Positions 52,406-64,000 of a stretch of 64,000 bases of DNA are shown here, one piece after another. A program made the translations under genes and the position numbers. Position 1 is the first letter of the stretch; every line of letters begins with the position of its first letter. The notes beneath the pieces were generated by a model. The model ran no database searches, was not told where the DNA came from, and saw nothing but the letters and a program-made list of their open reading frames with translations. Source of the stretch: Flectonema sp. DT1601 (taxonomy: Eukaryota); assembly GCA_964019425.1 (NCBI GenBank), contig OZ025803.1, positions 682,001 through 746,000 on the forward strand, written 5' to 3'.

Positions 52406-53836
52406 TCATCCCGCTTCTAGTACTTCTTGTTTTAGTAATTGCAGTCCAGTTGTTGTCATTTTATCCCAGCGTTTGGAAGACAACTCTCCCGGTCGGAATA
52501 AACTAATAAAAGAGACATAGTCTACGGGTGTTGGATCAAAGAGTGGATCTTTGACATCATCTCCCTCAGAGTGTTCGGGTTTTAGAATATCAGAGAACGA
52601 CGGAATCATACTAAGAAATGATAAAACAGTTGTAGTTTTCTCAGACTGAGACAACACACCAACTGCACTACAGATTCGCATTGAAGTCAGACCCGCGATT
52701 AATTCTTCAAGTGTAACAGTTCCAGTACCGCAGTCAATCTCATGAAATGAATGCAACAGATTCTCTCTAGTGTCGTAAATGTTATTAATAAGAGATTGTA
52801 CTGAAGTAGTAAACGAATGATCAACTCCAGTAACAATAACATGATTTCTAAGTAATCCAATCATAGATTCGTATTGTATAAAACACTCGTCATCAATAAC
52901 TGTAGCGCAGTCAACTAACTTAGCGAGGTTTAGAGAACGATGTTCTGAATTTTGACGATTTTCAGAAGCAGACGGATAACGACACCCTACAAGTTGAAGT
53001 ACTCTATCAAACTCTTGTTGAGTAACAAGAGAGTGGCTTTGATCAATTGTTCTGTTTGGTCGTTCATTAACAACTAAAGGTACAAACATAGAAATCAAGT
53101 CACCAATGTGCTGTTCGTGTGTATGCAATAAACTTGTAATCTCTTCTAGTGCTGCGGGTACCCAATACGGAAGCTGATCAAGAATCTTTTGCCTTTCACG
53201 TTCACGTTCTTCTCTAACTAACAACATCGCACTTATGTCTTGTGATTCTTCCTCTTGAGCAACAGTTCTGTGTGAAATATATTTAAAAGGCTGAAGTGGT
53301 AATTCTGTTTCGTCTCTTGAGCAATTCCTGTCCAAAGCTGAGGATATTTTCCCCAAGAGGGGACCAATTACGAGCGAATCGCTGACGTTAAAAAATCGAA
53401 TTCTCTCATTTTGCTGCACTATCTGAAGTATTGTAAAACCAGCTGTGGTTCCAACCTCATTAAATGACAGATCAACAGAAGTGATTGAAGGATGGGTTGC
53501 AACAACTTCTAATAATAAAAGTGTATCGTCACATCGAAGACCGTTTCCAGATAATTGTAATTCACGAAGTCGTTCACAACAAAGAACTACAGGTAGAAGT
53601 GGTCCTAGTCCAAAGGTACCCATGTAGCATTCATTAAAATCTAATTTCTCAACAACCTCAAACCCTCCCAACGCTATCGGTAAAGCCTTCACTACATGAG
53701 CATTTATTTTTCTCTTCCACTGTTTGCATGCTTTTTCATATATTTGTACGAGTGATACAGTTTCTAAATCTATATCATTGATTAATTCCTCGGCATCCTC
53801 GGTTGCAACATGTTGTGGTGGGCTTAGAAAACTCAT
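52406..53836 (-). CDS. Leucine-rich repeat protein with a degenerate EF-hand-like C-terminus
   Basis: LRELQLSGNGL, ITSVDLSFNEVG, IRFFNVSDS; FHEIDCGTGTVTLEEL. Confidence 0.82.
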   Translation of the reverse strand: MSFLSPPQHVATEDAEELINDIDLETVSLVQIYEKACKQWKRKINAHVVKALPIALGGFEVVEKLDFNECYMGTFGLGPLLPVVLCCERLRELQLSGNGLRCDDTLLLLEVVATHPSITSVDLSFNEVGTTAGFTILQIVQQNERIRFFNVSDSLVIGPLLGKISSALDRNCSRDETELPLQPFKYISHRTVAQEEESQDISAMLLVREERERERQKILDQLPYWVPAALEEITSLLHTHEQHIGDLISMFVPLVVNERPNRTIDQSHSLVTQQEFDRVLQLVGCRYPSASENRQNSEHRSLNLAKLVDCATVIDDECFIQYESMIGLLRNHVIVTGVDHSFTTSVQSLINNIYDTRENLLHSFHEIDCGTGTVTLEELIAGLTSMRICSAVGVLSQSEKTTTVLSFLSMIPSFSDILKPEHSEGDDVKDPLFDPTPVDYVSFISLFRPGELSSKRWDKMTTTGLQLLKQEVLEAG

Positions 53837-54425
53837 TTAGTGGGAAAAGGAGGACAGAACACCTCTTGATCCTTGTCCTTCCCCAGACTGCATGCAATAT
53901 AAAAGAATAGTAAATACGTGTCAAAACAGTTGTAAAAGTATCGAGCAGGGCAACTCCTCGCGACTGGCAGTAATAAATAATAATTTCAGCTATCTTGAAG
54001 AAGAGAAAATAAAAAAAATAAAAATAAAAAAGAATCCGAATGCGATTAGTCTTCTCACACGAACCACACAATTGAGGCCGTATCAACACGTGCCACACAT
54101 AGCGGTGGCTCCTGCAGGACGAGTAATAGCAAAAACGATTTGGAGTAAAAAGGCTACTGTCAGCTACGACAACATGTAGTAAAGTACAGCCATAACCAGG
54201 TAATTCAATCATATTCAGAATGGTGTCCATCGCAAGGTAAAAACCTTGAACAAAGCAAATGGACAAACACACAAAATGAAGAAACAAAAAAAGGAAGATT
54301 TTCGAGAGTAACAGAATAGACACAGCACACTCGCAACAACAGAGTTCCATCATATCGTTGACACACAGAAAGCTCCTGCAGCTTTCAGAACAGGTCATCA
54401 ATCAGTATTTGACGTGTTTAGTTTT

Positions 54426-55634
54426 TTAAAGAGAGACGGCAGAACATTTTACCTGAACCAGAGCGTTCTTTGGTAGAGCTACAACTTCAAAGGCGGCCCT
54501 TGCAGGTGGGGCTTCATCAAAGAATGTTTTGTAGATGGCATTGAAATTACTGTACTGAGAAAGATCTTGCAACAAACAAGTACACTCAACGATATCTTTC
54601 ATTGAAGAACCAGCAAGTGATAATATCGATTGAATGTTTTGCATTGCTTGTTTTGATTGGGACAGAATACCCTCAGGGATGACACCAGCGGCAGTCTCAC
54701 CAATTTGACCAGCAACGTAAATGTTGCTTGGTCCCGCAGTGCTAATCATAACGCCCTGAAGATTTCCAAGTGAAGGAGTTGGAATTGCTGCAGACTCAAT
54801 GTTGAGTTTTCTAAAGCCCCCGGAGGCGATACACTTGACTTCAACTAATGTATCTTTTGGAAGCTCGGACACAACAAAAGCAGTTGCTGTCGAAAAAAGC
54901 ATCGCACGCTTGAACTGGTTAGCAAAAGCTGCGAAATCAGTAAAGTTTGCCAACATAGCTTCACAAGAAATAATGTCCGTCAGTTGAAATCCTGCGGCCT
55001 TAGCAATAGCAGCGATGTTCTCGACAACTCTTGTAGTCTGTGAAGTAATATTACCAGGGACTACTACTCCTGATGGGGTCATTCCAATTTGACCTGATAA
55101 GTATTCCATTCTTTCAGCTGTAATCTGAATTCTAATACCTTGACTGTATGGTCCAATAGCAGCTGGTGCATCTTTTGTTGCAATGATGGCTTTCGCTGTT
55201 TTTGTTTCCGCAGTACACTTAACTTCAACGCGAGCGTTCTTTGGGAGAGTAACAACTTCGACTGCTGCTCTTGTCGGTGGTGTTGTTGAGAAGTACTCAG
55301 CGTAGACAGAATTGAAGTCAGCGTATTCAGATAGATCAGCCATCAGACAGTCGCAGCTAACGATGTCAGTCATTGAGATGTTGGCTGCTGTAGCGATAGC
55401 GACAATGTTATCCATTGCTCGTTTAGCTTCAGGTTTGATACCCCCTGGAACTAATGATCCAGTCTTAGGGTCTAATCCAATCTGACCAGCTAAGAAGGTT
55501 GTTGTCCATCCTTCTCTTGAGATCTGAATCGCCTGCGAGTACGGACCAATCGCAGCTGGAGCGTCTGGCGTCGCAATGACAGTTCTCGTGGCTCCCGCAG
55601 CCAAAGCAGACAACGTGATGATCACAGCGTTCAT
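54426..55634 (-). CDS. ridA: Triple-domain RidA/YjgF/UK114 protein with a signal peptide
   Basis: APAAIGPYSQ occurs twice, GQIG three times, and PPTRAAV..LPKNARVEVKC-type ends three times. The N-terminus is MNAVIITLSALAAGA. Confidence 0.9.
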   Translation of the reverse strand: MNAVIITLSALAAGATRTVIATPDAPAAIGPYSQAIQISREGWTTTFLAGQIGLDPKTGSLVPGGIKPEAKRAMDNIVAIATAANISMTDIVSCDCLMADLSEYADFNSVYAEYFSTTPPTRAAVEVVTLPKNARVEVKCTAETKTAKAIIATKDAPAAIGPYSQGIRIQITAERMEYLSGQIGMTPSGVVVPGNITSQTTRVVENIAAIAKAAGFQLTDIISCEAMLANFTDFAAFANQFKRAMLFSTATAFVVSELPKDTLVEVKCIASGGFRKLNIESAAIPTPSLGNLQGVMISTAGPSNIYVAGQIGETAAGVIPEGILSQSKQAMQNIQSILSLAGSSMKDIVECTCLLQDLSQYSNFNAIYKTFFDEAPPARAAFEVVALPKNALVQVKCSAVSL

Positions 55635-56090
55635 TATAGATTCTCGTTGAACACTGTAAGTAAGAATAATACAAATACTAAGAAAGTGCAAGAGCTGTCC
55701 TTATCCTATTCCCAACAATCATATACCTACATAAACCATTTGAATTATAAGATTACCCTCACAAGATACACTCAGTATCAATATTCCACATAATCCGCCA
55801 GAAGGCGGTCACTTTAATTGGGTTTAGGGGACACTTATGTTCAGGGTTGTAGTGTATGAGCGAAGGAAGGAAATAGACAAAGAATGAAAAATAGAAAATA
55901 TTCAGTAAATTTATTTTTATCATAAATAATGTTATTTATTTTTTTTTTTTTCGCCTTTTTATCTATTAGTTCACACTACTCAGAATAACAGTCGCAGAAA
56001 GAAAAGAAAAATAAGTTGTTTGTTTTCTTTAGTTTTCATTTTTTTTTTTTTTTTTCTTTTCTTAAAATAAGTATATTCTCATCTTCTCAT

Positions 56091-56124
<34 letters not shown>

Positions 56125-56573
56125 GAAACATTCAGACCTATCAATCAAATTAGATTAGTGCACAACAGGAGAACATCCGACAACTGGACGGGGGAATAAA
56201 TTCAAAAATAATCAGCACGGGGGTTCGAACTGAACTCCTCATAGTTGCAGAGGGAGGCACACAGAACAACAACAAACAGATCCCACATTTTATTTATTTA
56301 TTCTACAAGTCACCAGCTTTAGAGTTGTATCAAAAAATATGGCAACGCAAGAGATAATAAGCCGGCTAACGAGTTTCTTACGTAAATAGAAAAAAAGGTA
56401 AATTAAAAGGAACCAAACGAGTTGTCAGTTGCAGAGCGCTCGAAAAGAATTATATTTCTGTAAAGAATTACTAAGAAAACCTCGAAAGGTGCTGGTGACA
56501 ATATGACGTCTGCATTTAGCTCCGTTGTTCTTTTTTACTTTTTTTTTTTTTTTTTTTTAAATCCCCCTCCTCA

Positions 56574-57257
56574 CTACAGTATAGTACAACACCCACCCTC
56601 TTTGTTTTCGTTTGTGCTCTCGTCTGCTAAGTGGTACCTGTAGTGTTATGAATAGTATGTATTAAAGTCTTGTAATTTCTTACGACTAAATAACCTAAGT
56701 ACAAACCAATAATTAATTGCCAAGAGAACTTCGACACGTTTTAGATCTCCTGTAGTGCAGGTGTCAGAATGTTTCATAATACGTCCTACTTCTTCGTCTG
56801 TTACTGGACAGCCATCGTTTAATTCAGTTAGAAGAGATTTTAATTCATCCTTACTAAGTGATCCGGTGTTGTCTTTATCGTACTTAGACATTACCTCATC
56901 AATGGTTGCCTTCTCACAGATGTAGGAGTTCCATACAGCTATGGCTTCAACTAATTCTTCTCTGTCAATTGCTTTGTTTCTTGACTTGTCTGCGCATTGT
57001 AATACGAAAGTTACTTCTTCCTCTGTTGGTTTAGTACCTTGTGGTGTGCTGTGATCCAGGTCGGTAAGTAATTGAATCACTTGATCTTTTTCTAACTTAC
57101 CAGAACCATCTTTATCATATTTGCTCATAATTTTTGAGATTGTTTCTTCAGCTTTCTTACGCTCGAGTCGTGCCCGTGCAGCAGCGTCATTTCGACGGTT
57201 TCCTGTTCGGCTAGCCCTACGCGATGCCGATACGGCACCGAACCTACCAGCTATCAT
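56574..57257 (-). CDS. Four-EF-hand calcium-binding protein with a C-terminal CaaX; two exons (57257-56707 and 56637-56574)
   Basis: EF loops DKDGSGKLEKDQ, DKSRNKAIDREE, DKDNTGSLSKDE and DTCTTGDLKRVE. A predicted 69-nt GT-AG intron (56706-56638) gives ...NYWYHLADESTNENKEGGCCTIL*. Confidence 0.85.
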
Positions 57258-59123
57258 TGTTAAATCTGTTGTGTTTGGTACCTGATTAATAAATAATTAA
57301 CAACTGGAATAACACATCACCACAGAGTTGGAAACAGACACGCGAAAGGTACAATACGATAAACATTTTTTTTTTTTTGTCTGCATGTCGTAGTGATTAT
57401 TATCAACATTGTATATAACTCTAAGATAGAATAGCCGCACCCCAAAGTTAGGGTTGCGGTAGTGAGAAGTCAATATGTGTAGGACTGGTTAAGATTACTA
57501 AAAAAGAAAAAAGTGAGAAACGGGAGATAAAAAGAGAAAACAACAATAGACATTACTGGATGAAGCACAAGCAGGTATTATTTCCAAAGTAGTCCTCCTA
57601 CAATAACAAACTACAAAGTCACAGGAAAACCAGCAGGTATGCTTTCACCGTGACAGTTACTGCATCTGTGTTGGGAGTTTTTTTTTTTTTCACATGTAGT
57701 AGCAAGCTACTACATCCATCTTGAGTGGAATTGGGGGATAGGATAGATTCAAGCCTTCCAGCCTACTGGCGGGTTAATTACAGCAAGAAATCCAACGAAT
57801 CAAACTAACAAATATAAATTAAAACAAGCAGCCACCAATAGGAAAGCTGATCTGTGTCGTGAGTAGAAAACAGTTGGCACGGAATAGAGGGTTTCTTTGT
57901 GGGCAGTTGCTGTAAAAATTATACGAAAAAAAAGATTGGCGGAAATTATTCCCCATACTAGGAACAGAGAATAGGGATAAAATCTGATCAAAGTAAACAA
58001 CCTGAGCAGATGGGAAAGACTCATAGTTTATATTTTCTTTTTGGAACTAATAAATATACACGCACCAACAGTAACAAAACCTTCCATTCCCAACGTCTTG
58101 CCGATTTTCAACGACGTGCGGAAGGAGGTTTTTACAAACAGGCAAAGATGCCCTCTTCGTGAATGAAAATCATCATCGACATCTGCAATAATATTTTCAA
58201 AAAAAAAAAAAATAACAATAATAATAAAAATCAAACATTTGCACATTTGGTTGGGAGATAAAAGGTGTAATAAACAGATAAATCAAAAAAAACGGAGGGA
58301 AAAGCAAACAGCGGCGCCAATTGCGATTCAAGAAACCTAGAAAAAGCAACAAAAAAAAAAAAAAAAAAAAAAAGAACAAACTATTCAGATAAGCCTGATC
58401 GCAGACAGTAAAACTAACAGCACGAGAGAAAATAGATAACAACGACCATAATATTTAACGGCTCACAACCTGAAATAGTTTCTTCTCCGAAAGAACAATT
58501 AAAAAAACCGCTTATTTACTTCTTTTTGACAAAAAACTAACGCAACCGCCGAAGCGCCCAACAAGCTCTTTGGGCGGCTACAAAGGGAGAGACATCAGAA
58601 TTTAGTTTGGCGAGTACACGGAAGGGATCGGATTTTCAGCCTAAACATTTTTTTTTTTTTTTTTTTTTTCCCTCCCCTGCAAAAAGCACTAACCTCAGGC
58701 AGGAAAATCCCTCATATTACAAAAGGAATTTAAAAAAAAAATGAAAAATTGATAACATAACGAAATTTCATCCTCTCGAAGTAGTACAGAATAAGAGAAT
58801 ATCAAGGGACGCTTACTGTTTTCTCTTTTGGGGGTAAAAAAATAAGATTGGGAGGAATGGAATTATTCGAAAAAAAAAAAAAAGAGAGTCATCACCGATG
58901 CCTAGAAAAACAGTGATTATAAACTGTGACTATTTAATACGTAAAAGCCGTCTCCGGATAAAAAAGAAAACCACGCGGTGGTGATCACACATATTTTCGT
59001 TTTGTATTCATTTATTTTTTTTTTTTTTTTCTCCCTCACAGAAATTTGAGGAAAAAAAAAATAACTAACAAAAAAAAAAAAAAAAATAGAGCAGGATAAT
59101 CCCCGTGACCTTAAACAAATACT

Positions 59124-61784
59124 TCAGAGCTGAACGACACGCTGTTGACTTCCAGGACTTCTGAGTTCTGAAATAGGAGAGCTCGGCTGTTCTAATTGTT
59201 GTTGTGTAGGAATACCATAAACAATGTCATGTTCTATTATCGGTGAAAGATCAATCCCAGGAACAGGCGGTGAAACTGGTCTCTCTGCTACTGGATCACC
59301 AAATGGAATTGACTCAACTGACAGAGGTGAAGTCATCCCTCCGACTACGTTAACAGATCCACTAACAGGTGACATTGGAAAACCACAGACAGATCCATTA
59401 GACAGAGTTGGTGATACTGCACTCATTGGAACTATCGCCATCGCTCCATCAACTGACACAATTGCTGATAAGACTGGTGACGTCGGTCCTGAAGGAGAAA
59501 TTGGAAAACCTACAAGAGATCCATGTGACAGTGTAGGCGATACCACTACAGGTAAAGTCATGCCTACAGCAGAATGTGAAGAAACAACAGGTGATGTTGG
59601 CACTTCGAGGGATAACTTCTTATCAGAAGATGATCCATACGGAAATCCAACAGGTTTCTTTCTCTCACTACATCCCATCTTGTCGTCGTCTAGTCCATAA
59701 GGTAATGCATTTCTGGGTTTCTTTGGTGTTGAAGTTCTCTTAACATCATCTTCATCACTGCTGGCATCAGGGTCATTTGGAGTATTCTTTTGTGATTCGC
59801 TATCAACTGATTCAGGTACTGGATCTGGTTTTCGACAATTATAGTAGATTATAATACCAATGAAAACAAGAAGCACTAAACTTGAAACAGTAATAGCAGC
59901 AATGATTCCCGCTGATAATGAATCCTCAGTGGGTTCCTTAATCAGGGCGATGGCTGCTCCCTTGTCAGTTGATATATCGCAGTTGTCGCCTTCCCATCCA
60001 TCTATGCATTGTATAGATTTGCATTCACCATCAACTTTTATAGTGTGAACACTCTTATCAATATCACAACCAGCTGAATTTAATATTATGCTCATATCCT
60101 CTCCTAGGGCGTTGTAGATGTCAGGATTTTCTTTCATCAGAATAATCAAATTAGACCTGAGGTCCTCAATTTCAATTACGTCACCTTCTGGTACCTCTGC
60201 TGTGGATGTGTGTACAACTGACGAACAGACTAGCTCTGGTTGTCTTATTTTTATTCTCAACGCCGTTGAGCACATTTCAGAAATAACTACTGCTCCACCA
60301 TACTGTTCAACAACAGCGATAGCATCACAGTCAGCAGGCCACAGTATTTGCATAATAATATCATATGTTACGATTGTTGGCGTCAGTGGCAGAAGCTGCG
60401 TGGGTGGAGTTGGTGGCACGGGCGGTGTCGGAGGTGTTGGTGGTGTTGGAGGTACCGGTGGTGTAGGCGGCGTGGGTGGAGTTGGTGGAGTCGGAGGCAC
60501 AGGCGGTGTCGGAGGAGTCGGGGGTGTAGGCGGCGTGGGTGGAGTTGGTGGAGTCGGAGGCACAGGCGGTGTAGGTGGAGTCGTAGGCGGAGTGGGAGGT
60601 GTTGGCGGAGTTGGTGGAGTCGGAGGCACTGGTGGAGTTCGAGGATTCGGAGGGGTTGGTGGTGTCGGTGGTGTTGGTGGCACCGGTGGTGTAGGCGGTG
60701 TCGGTGGAGTTGGCGGCAGCACTGGTGGTGTAGGCGGTGTCGGTGGAGTTGGGGGCAGCACTGGTGGTGTAGGCGGTGTCGGTGGAGTTGGCGGCAGCAC
60801 TGGTGGCGTAGGCGGTGTCGGTGGAGCTGGCGGCAGCACTGGTGGTGAAGGCGGTGTCGGTGGAGTTGGTGGCAACGGTGGTGAAGGCGGTGTCGGTGGA
60901 GTTGGCGGCAGCACTGGTGGTGTCGGTGGAGTTGGTGGCAATGGTGGTGAAGGCTGTGATGGTGCAGGTGGCGTCGGTGGAGTCGGAGGTGTAGGTGGCG
61001 TTGGTGGTGTAGGTGGTGTCGGAGGCACAGATGGTGGTGGTGGCGTTGGAGGCACAGGCGGCAGTGGCGTTGGCAAAACTATCGGAAGAGAGAATTCTTC
61101 TTCGCACGAGCAAATCATTCTCTCATCATTCCAACTACAAGTACTAGGGTTCTGATTCATTTTGTTACCACAATGACCGCCGCATGCGCGTTGACTGAGA
61201 TCTTCGCAATTTAGCGGAGGCTGACAAATGCAAAGATCAGCATCTTTACTCCATGTACAAGTAGACGATGTATCCTCAGGACAGAACCCATTACACAATC
61301 CTGGGCTTGTAATGAGATCACAAGCAGCAGGAGCTGAGTGATAACAATCACAGATAGCACGGAATGGATCCCAATAACAAATGTTATTCGGGAATTCAGG
61401 ACAGGACCCTAAACACTGTCCGATAGTTTGGTAGTCTCCGCAAGTCTTGTAACGACTGAGGCAGTCGCAGGTAGCGAGTTCGGAGTCCCAAAAGCAGCGA
61501 CTCAATTTATCTTCTGGACAAGTTGGTAACCTGATGCACGTGTCTTCGGTGTTGTATTCACTGCAACGAACGAAGTCTTTTAGACAGCTGCATCGTCCTT
61601 CTGTCCACTCCCACGTGCAAATACCTCCATTTGTGCACTTTTTAGAACCATCACATTGCTGAAGCTCGTAATTACCGCAGCCCTCATCATCTTCGATATA
61701 TGGCTTTAATTCTCCTTCGATAACTGCTATTTCATTACACCAGGCAACCCCTACTAGCAGCAGCAGCAACAGGGGAGTCTTCAT
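59124..61784 (-). CDS. Type I surface protein: signal peptide, Cys-rich repeats, Pro/Thr-rich stalk, EGF-like motif, TM, Ser/Pro-rich tail
   Basis: [16 protein letters not shown]; five CxWD...CxC-type repeats; (PPT)n; [35 protein letters not shown]. Confidence 0.88.
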   Translation of the reverse strand: MKTPLLLLLLVGVAWCNEIAVIEGELKPYIEDDEGCGNYELQQCDGSKKCTNGGICTWEWTEGRCSCLKDFVRCSEYNTEDTCIRLPTCPEDKLSRCFWDSELATCDCLSRYKTCGDYQTIGQCLGSCPEFPNNICYWDPFRAICDCYHSAPAACDLITSPGLCNGFCPEDTSSTCTWSKDADLCICQPPLNCEDLSQRACGGHCGNKMNQNPSTCSWNDERMICSCEEEFSLPIVLPTPLPPVPPTPPPPSVPPTPPTPPTPPTPPTPPTPPAPSQPSPPLPPTPPTPPVLPPTPPTPPSPPLPPTPPTPPSPPVLPPAPPTPPTPPVLPPTPPTPPTPPVLPPTPPTPPTPPVLPPTPPTPPTPPVPPTPPTPPTPPNPRTPPVPPTPPTPPTPPTPPTTPPTPPVPPTPPTPPTPPTPPTPPTPPVPPTPPTPPTPPTPPVPPTPPTPPTPPVPPTPPTQLLPLTPTIVTYDIIMQILWPADCDAIAVVEQYGGAVVISEMCSTALRIKIRQPELVCSSVVHTSTAEVPEGDVIEIEDLRSNLIILMKENPDIYNALGEDMSIILNSAGCDIDKSVHTIKVDGECKSIQCIDGWEGDNCDISTDKGAAIALIKEPTEDSLSAGIIAAITVSSLVLLVFIGIIIYYNCRKPDPVPESVDSESQKNTPNDPDASSDEDDVKRTSTPKKPRNALPYGLDDDKMGCSERKKPVGFPYGSSSDKKLSLEVPTSPVVSSHSAVGMTLPVVVSPTLSHGSLVGFPISPSGPTSPVLSAIVSVDGAMAIVPMSAVSPTLSNGSVCGFPMSPVSGSVNVVGGMTSPLSVESIPFGDPVAERPVSPPVPGIDLSPIIEHDIVYGIPTQQQLEQPSSPISELRSPGSQQRVVQL
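60400..61075 (-). repeat. Coding (Pro-Pro-Thr)n repeat with PPVLPPT variants
   Basis: 9-bp periodic ggtggagtt/ggcggtgtc sequence. Confidence 0.95.
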
Positions 61785-62021
61785 CCGACTGTGGAGGAAA
61801 TTGTGCTGCTGGGTGTAAAAATAAATTATTGAGTTTCATACTACGGCAGTCTACTGATGACAATATGAAATCAAACCCAAGAAGGGTATTCGAGTCGATA
61901 GATTACTACAACAGTCAGGTAATATAGTTATCAAGAGAAGCCTTAAGAAACACAACACAACACACACGGCAGTATTCACTTCAACAGATTTTAGAAAACA
62001 AAAAAAAATTAAAAAAAAAAA

Positions 62022-63077
62022 TCATAATTTAGCATTCTTCGTTCCGTCTATCGCATCGGATAGGAGAGTTCTGAAAGAAGAGTTGCCGGTACCTTTCGAA
62101 GCTGCTTTTAAATAAAAAGAAGCAATACTAAAATGAGACTTACGGAATTCAGTATAGGCAGTTACTGCTTGCGCGTAGGCAGGCGTACTGTGAAATAGAG
62201 ATTTTAAATTATTATTTTTAAAGATTGACTGTAACTTCTCTACGACAACACGTTGCTCTCTCGGGATAAAAGACATCATTTCCTGTTGAAAATCTCTAGT
62301 CGTGGTATTGTGATTAACACCAAGAAGTGAATCAAATATAAAAAACATCGCTGATTGACCTGCACTTGGTCCCTTCGCTGATATTTCTCCGACACCCTCA
62401 AACAGAACAGCATCAGGAAAGAATCCAGTTAGAAGAGGTCTGTAAACGTTATAAAATACTGAAGGATCAACGAGACGAATAGTTTCTTCTGCCATCGTCT
62501 TCTTAAAATAGTTAAACAAAGGAATTAAATCAGTGAGGTGCTTCATAGTAAGACTCTCAGCAGTTTTAAATAAATTAGAAAGATACGGAGCAGCTCTTTT
62601 ATGCATCAAATATGGAACAGTATGGAAACCAGTCTCTGAAGTAGTTGCGGTGATTTGCAAATCCTGTGTCGGACCTGGTGATGATGTCATGTTCCATAAA
62701 TCAGCACCTGAAGCTGTTAACACCATTGGTAGACCGACACGATGACATACTTTGCTGTATGGAATCGCAAGGCTTTTGGGTACTGTCGGTCTCTCAGTAA
62801 CCTCACCAATTGTTCCTGGAGCTCCACCAATAAGATCCCAGGGGACAAGACTGTTATTTACGTATGATTGAATTAAAAAACTAAATATTACATAACATCT
62901 TCTCCATTCACCTTCTGTTAACTCATCATCATCTATCTCAATCAGTGGTAGGTCGTTAACGGCTTCTTTGAGTAAGCGATTCTTATTCAAATCTGGAAGC
63001 TTCTTTGCTAAATCATCCCAAGCGGAGTATTTCTGAGGTAGTTGGTGAACTACTTCAACAAGGAATCCCTCAGGCAT
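62022..63077 (-). CDS. IDO: Indoleamine 2,3-dioxygenase family heme enzyme
   Basis: WDDLAKKLP, LAIPY..V..RVGLPMVLT..DLWN, ETGFH, FYNVYRP.L.G, GPSAGQS, FRKSH (proximal His) and GTGNSSFRTLL. Confidence 0.88.
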   Translation of the reverse strand: MPEGFLVEVVHQLPQKYSAWDDLAKKLPDLNKNRLLKEAVNDLPLIEIDDDELTEGEWRRCYVIFSFLIQSYVNNSLVPWDLIGGAPGTIGEVTERPTVPKSLAIPYSKVCHRVGLPMVLTASGADLWNMTSSPGPTQDLQITATTSETGFHTVPYLMHKRAAPYLSNLFKTAESLTMKHLTDLIPLFNYFKKTMAEETIRLVDPSVFYNVYRPLLTGFFPDAVLFEGVGEISAKGPSAGQSAMFFIFDSLLGVNHNTTTRDFQQEMMSFIPREQRVVVEKLQSIFKNNNLKSLFHSTPAYAQAVTAYTEFRKSHFSIASFYLKAASKGTGNSSFRTLLSDAIDGTKNAKL

Positions 63078-63653
63078 TTCTTTTTTTATTATTATTTAGT
63101 CACGGTTTTGGTCACAATCGTGAGACGTTTTGTTAGAATCTAAAGAAAACAGAAATAAGAAAATAGCTATGGCTACCCACACGCACTTGATTTGAATGAT
63201 TCTACCTGTCTTGATAAATTGCTTTTGTGATGTACCCAAAAGTATAAAAACTCAATGAGGTGAGCGCTATAAGACGTGGGACGCACCAACCGAGTTTTTT
63301 TTTTAATTCTTTTTTTTTTTTTTTTCGGGTTTTTTTTTTTTTTTTTTTTTTCTTATTTCATGTTATTCATAGATCTTTCTTCTTTCCCCCCTTCACATTA
63401 ATTCCGTTCTTGCTTCGCGATCGTTCATCGAAGTCCAAAGGTGAATAAAAATTTTTTTTTTTTTTTTTTTTCGTTTTTTTTTTTTTTTTTGGGAAGCGTA
63501 GGTTAACCTCTTTTTTGAATGAATTCAGACGCGTCTGTTCAGGTCATTGATAAAGCTCAACAGGAACGTGAATTTATTAGCATCCTTCAATGAGAACTCT
63601 GCTCTATTAGTTTTTTTTGTTTTTTTTTCCATGGGTTTCGTTTTTTTACTATG

Positions 63654-63684
<31 letters not shown>

Positions 63685-64000
63685 CCCCCACCGCGGCTAC
63701 ATACCTTCCAAGAGATGCAGCAAGCTGAGGTAAAGACCGGTCTTATTGTTATAAAAGTATAAAGCAGGGTGGTTGACTAAAGATCTATAAACTGCTTTTT
63801 AAGGCAGTTTGTCGGTGTGGTCTTCGGTAAGGAAGATAATAAAATGTGAAGGACACGGTCAAATGGTGATCTTACTCGTTAATTAAAACACAACGAGAAA
63901 AGAAAGGAAAAAAAAAAAAAAGACATTACGTTTTCAACGTTGTCAGCATACGTTGCTTGGTTTTTTTTTTTTTCCCTCCTTTTTTTTTTTTTTTTTTTTT

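Noticed and set aside
53775..54410. 208-aa ORF or C/D snoRNA-like boxes (TGATGA...CTGA) between the RidA and LRR genes
   Set aside because: The ORF has a non-ATG start and low-complexity composition. The candidate rRNA guide match is only about 8 nt, too weak to call.
56205..56262. tRNA-like B-box (GTTCGAACCC on the minus strand)
   Set aside because: No A-box or cloverleaf can be built; at most a SINE or tRNA remnant.
60118..61155. 345-aa Gly/Val-rich + strand ORF and overlapping frames
   Set aside because: They are antisense or alternative-frame shadows of the (PPT)n stalk.

Overview
This is eukaryotic DNA, most likely from a euglenozoan and probably a diplonemid. The evidence is a spliced-leader (SL) exon, AT-rich spacers full of poly-A/T tracts, and every host gene lying on the minus strand. 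1-13218: a GC-rich CRE/SLACS-type non-LTR retrotransposon on the minus strand. Its single ORF of at least 2617 codons (7853 to beyond base 1) is missing from the ORF track because it runs off the window edge. By hand translation it reads: signal-peptide-like start, Cys-rich region, about 27 copies of a 29-aa repeat, Zn-finger pair, OTU cysteine protease, second Zn-finger pair, reverse transcriptase, CCHC knuckle, restriction-like endonuclease. Its 5' region is a 288-bp array (16.6 copies) in which each unit carries a pyrimidine tract plus AG acceptor. The element ends in a 35-nt SL exon joined exactly at that AG, so a trans-splicing junction is fixed in genomic DNA. 13224-14696: a non-autonomous Mutator-like element with two inward-facing tRNA-like sequences and an LSU rRNA fragment. 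15580-63077: a unidirectional gene cluster with a VSP/TPTE-like phosphatase, three tandem receptor pseudo-cyclases (the middle one chimeric), an XRN nuclease, an LRR protein, a secreted triple RidA, an intron-containing EF-hand protein, a Pro/Thr-rich surface protein and an IDO. An apparently intact MULE transposon (46376-49063) interrupts the cluster. Family assignments come from motif recognition only; no database searches were run.
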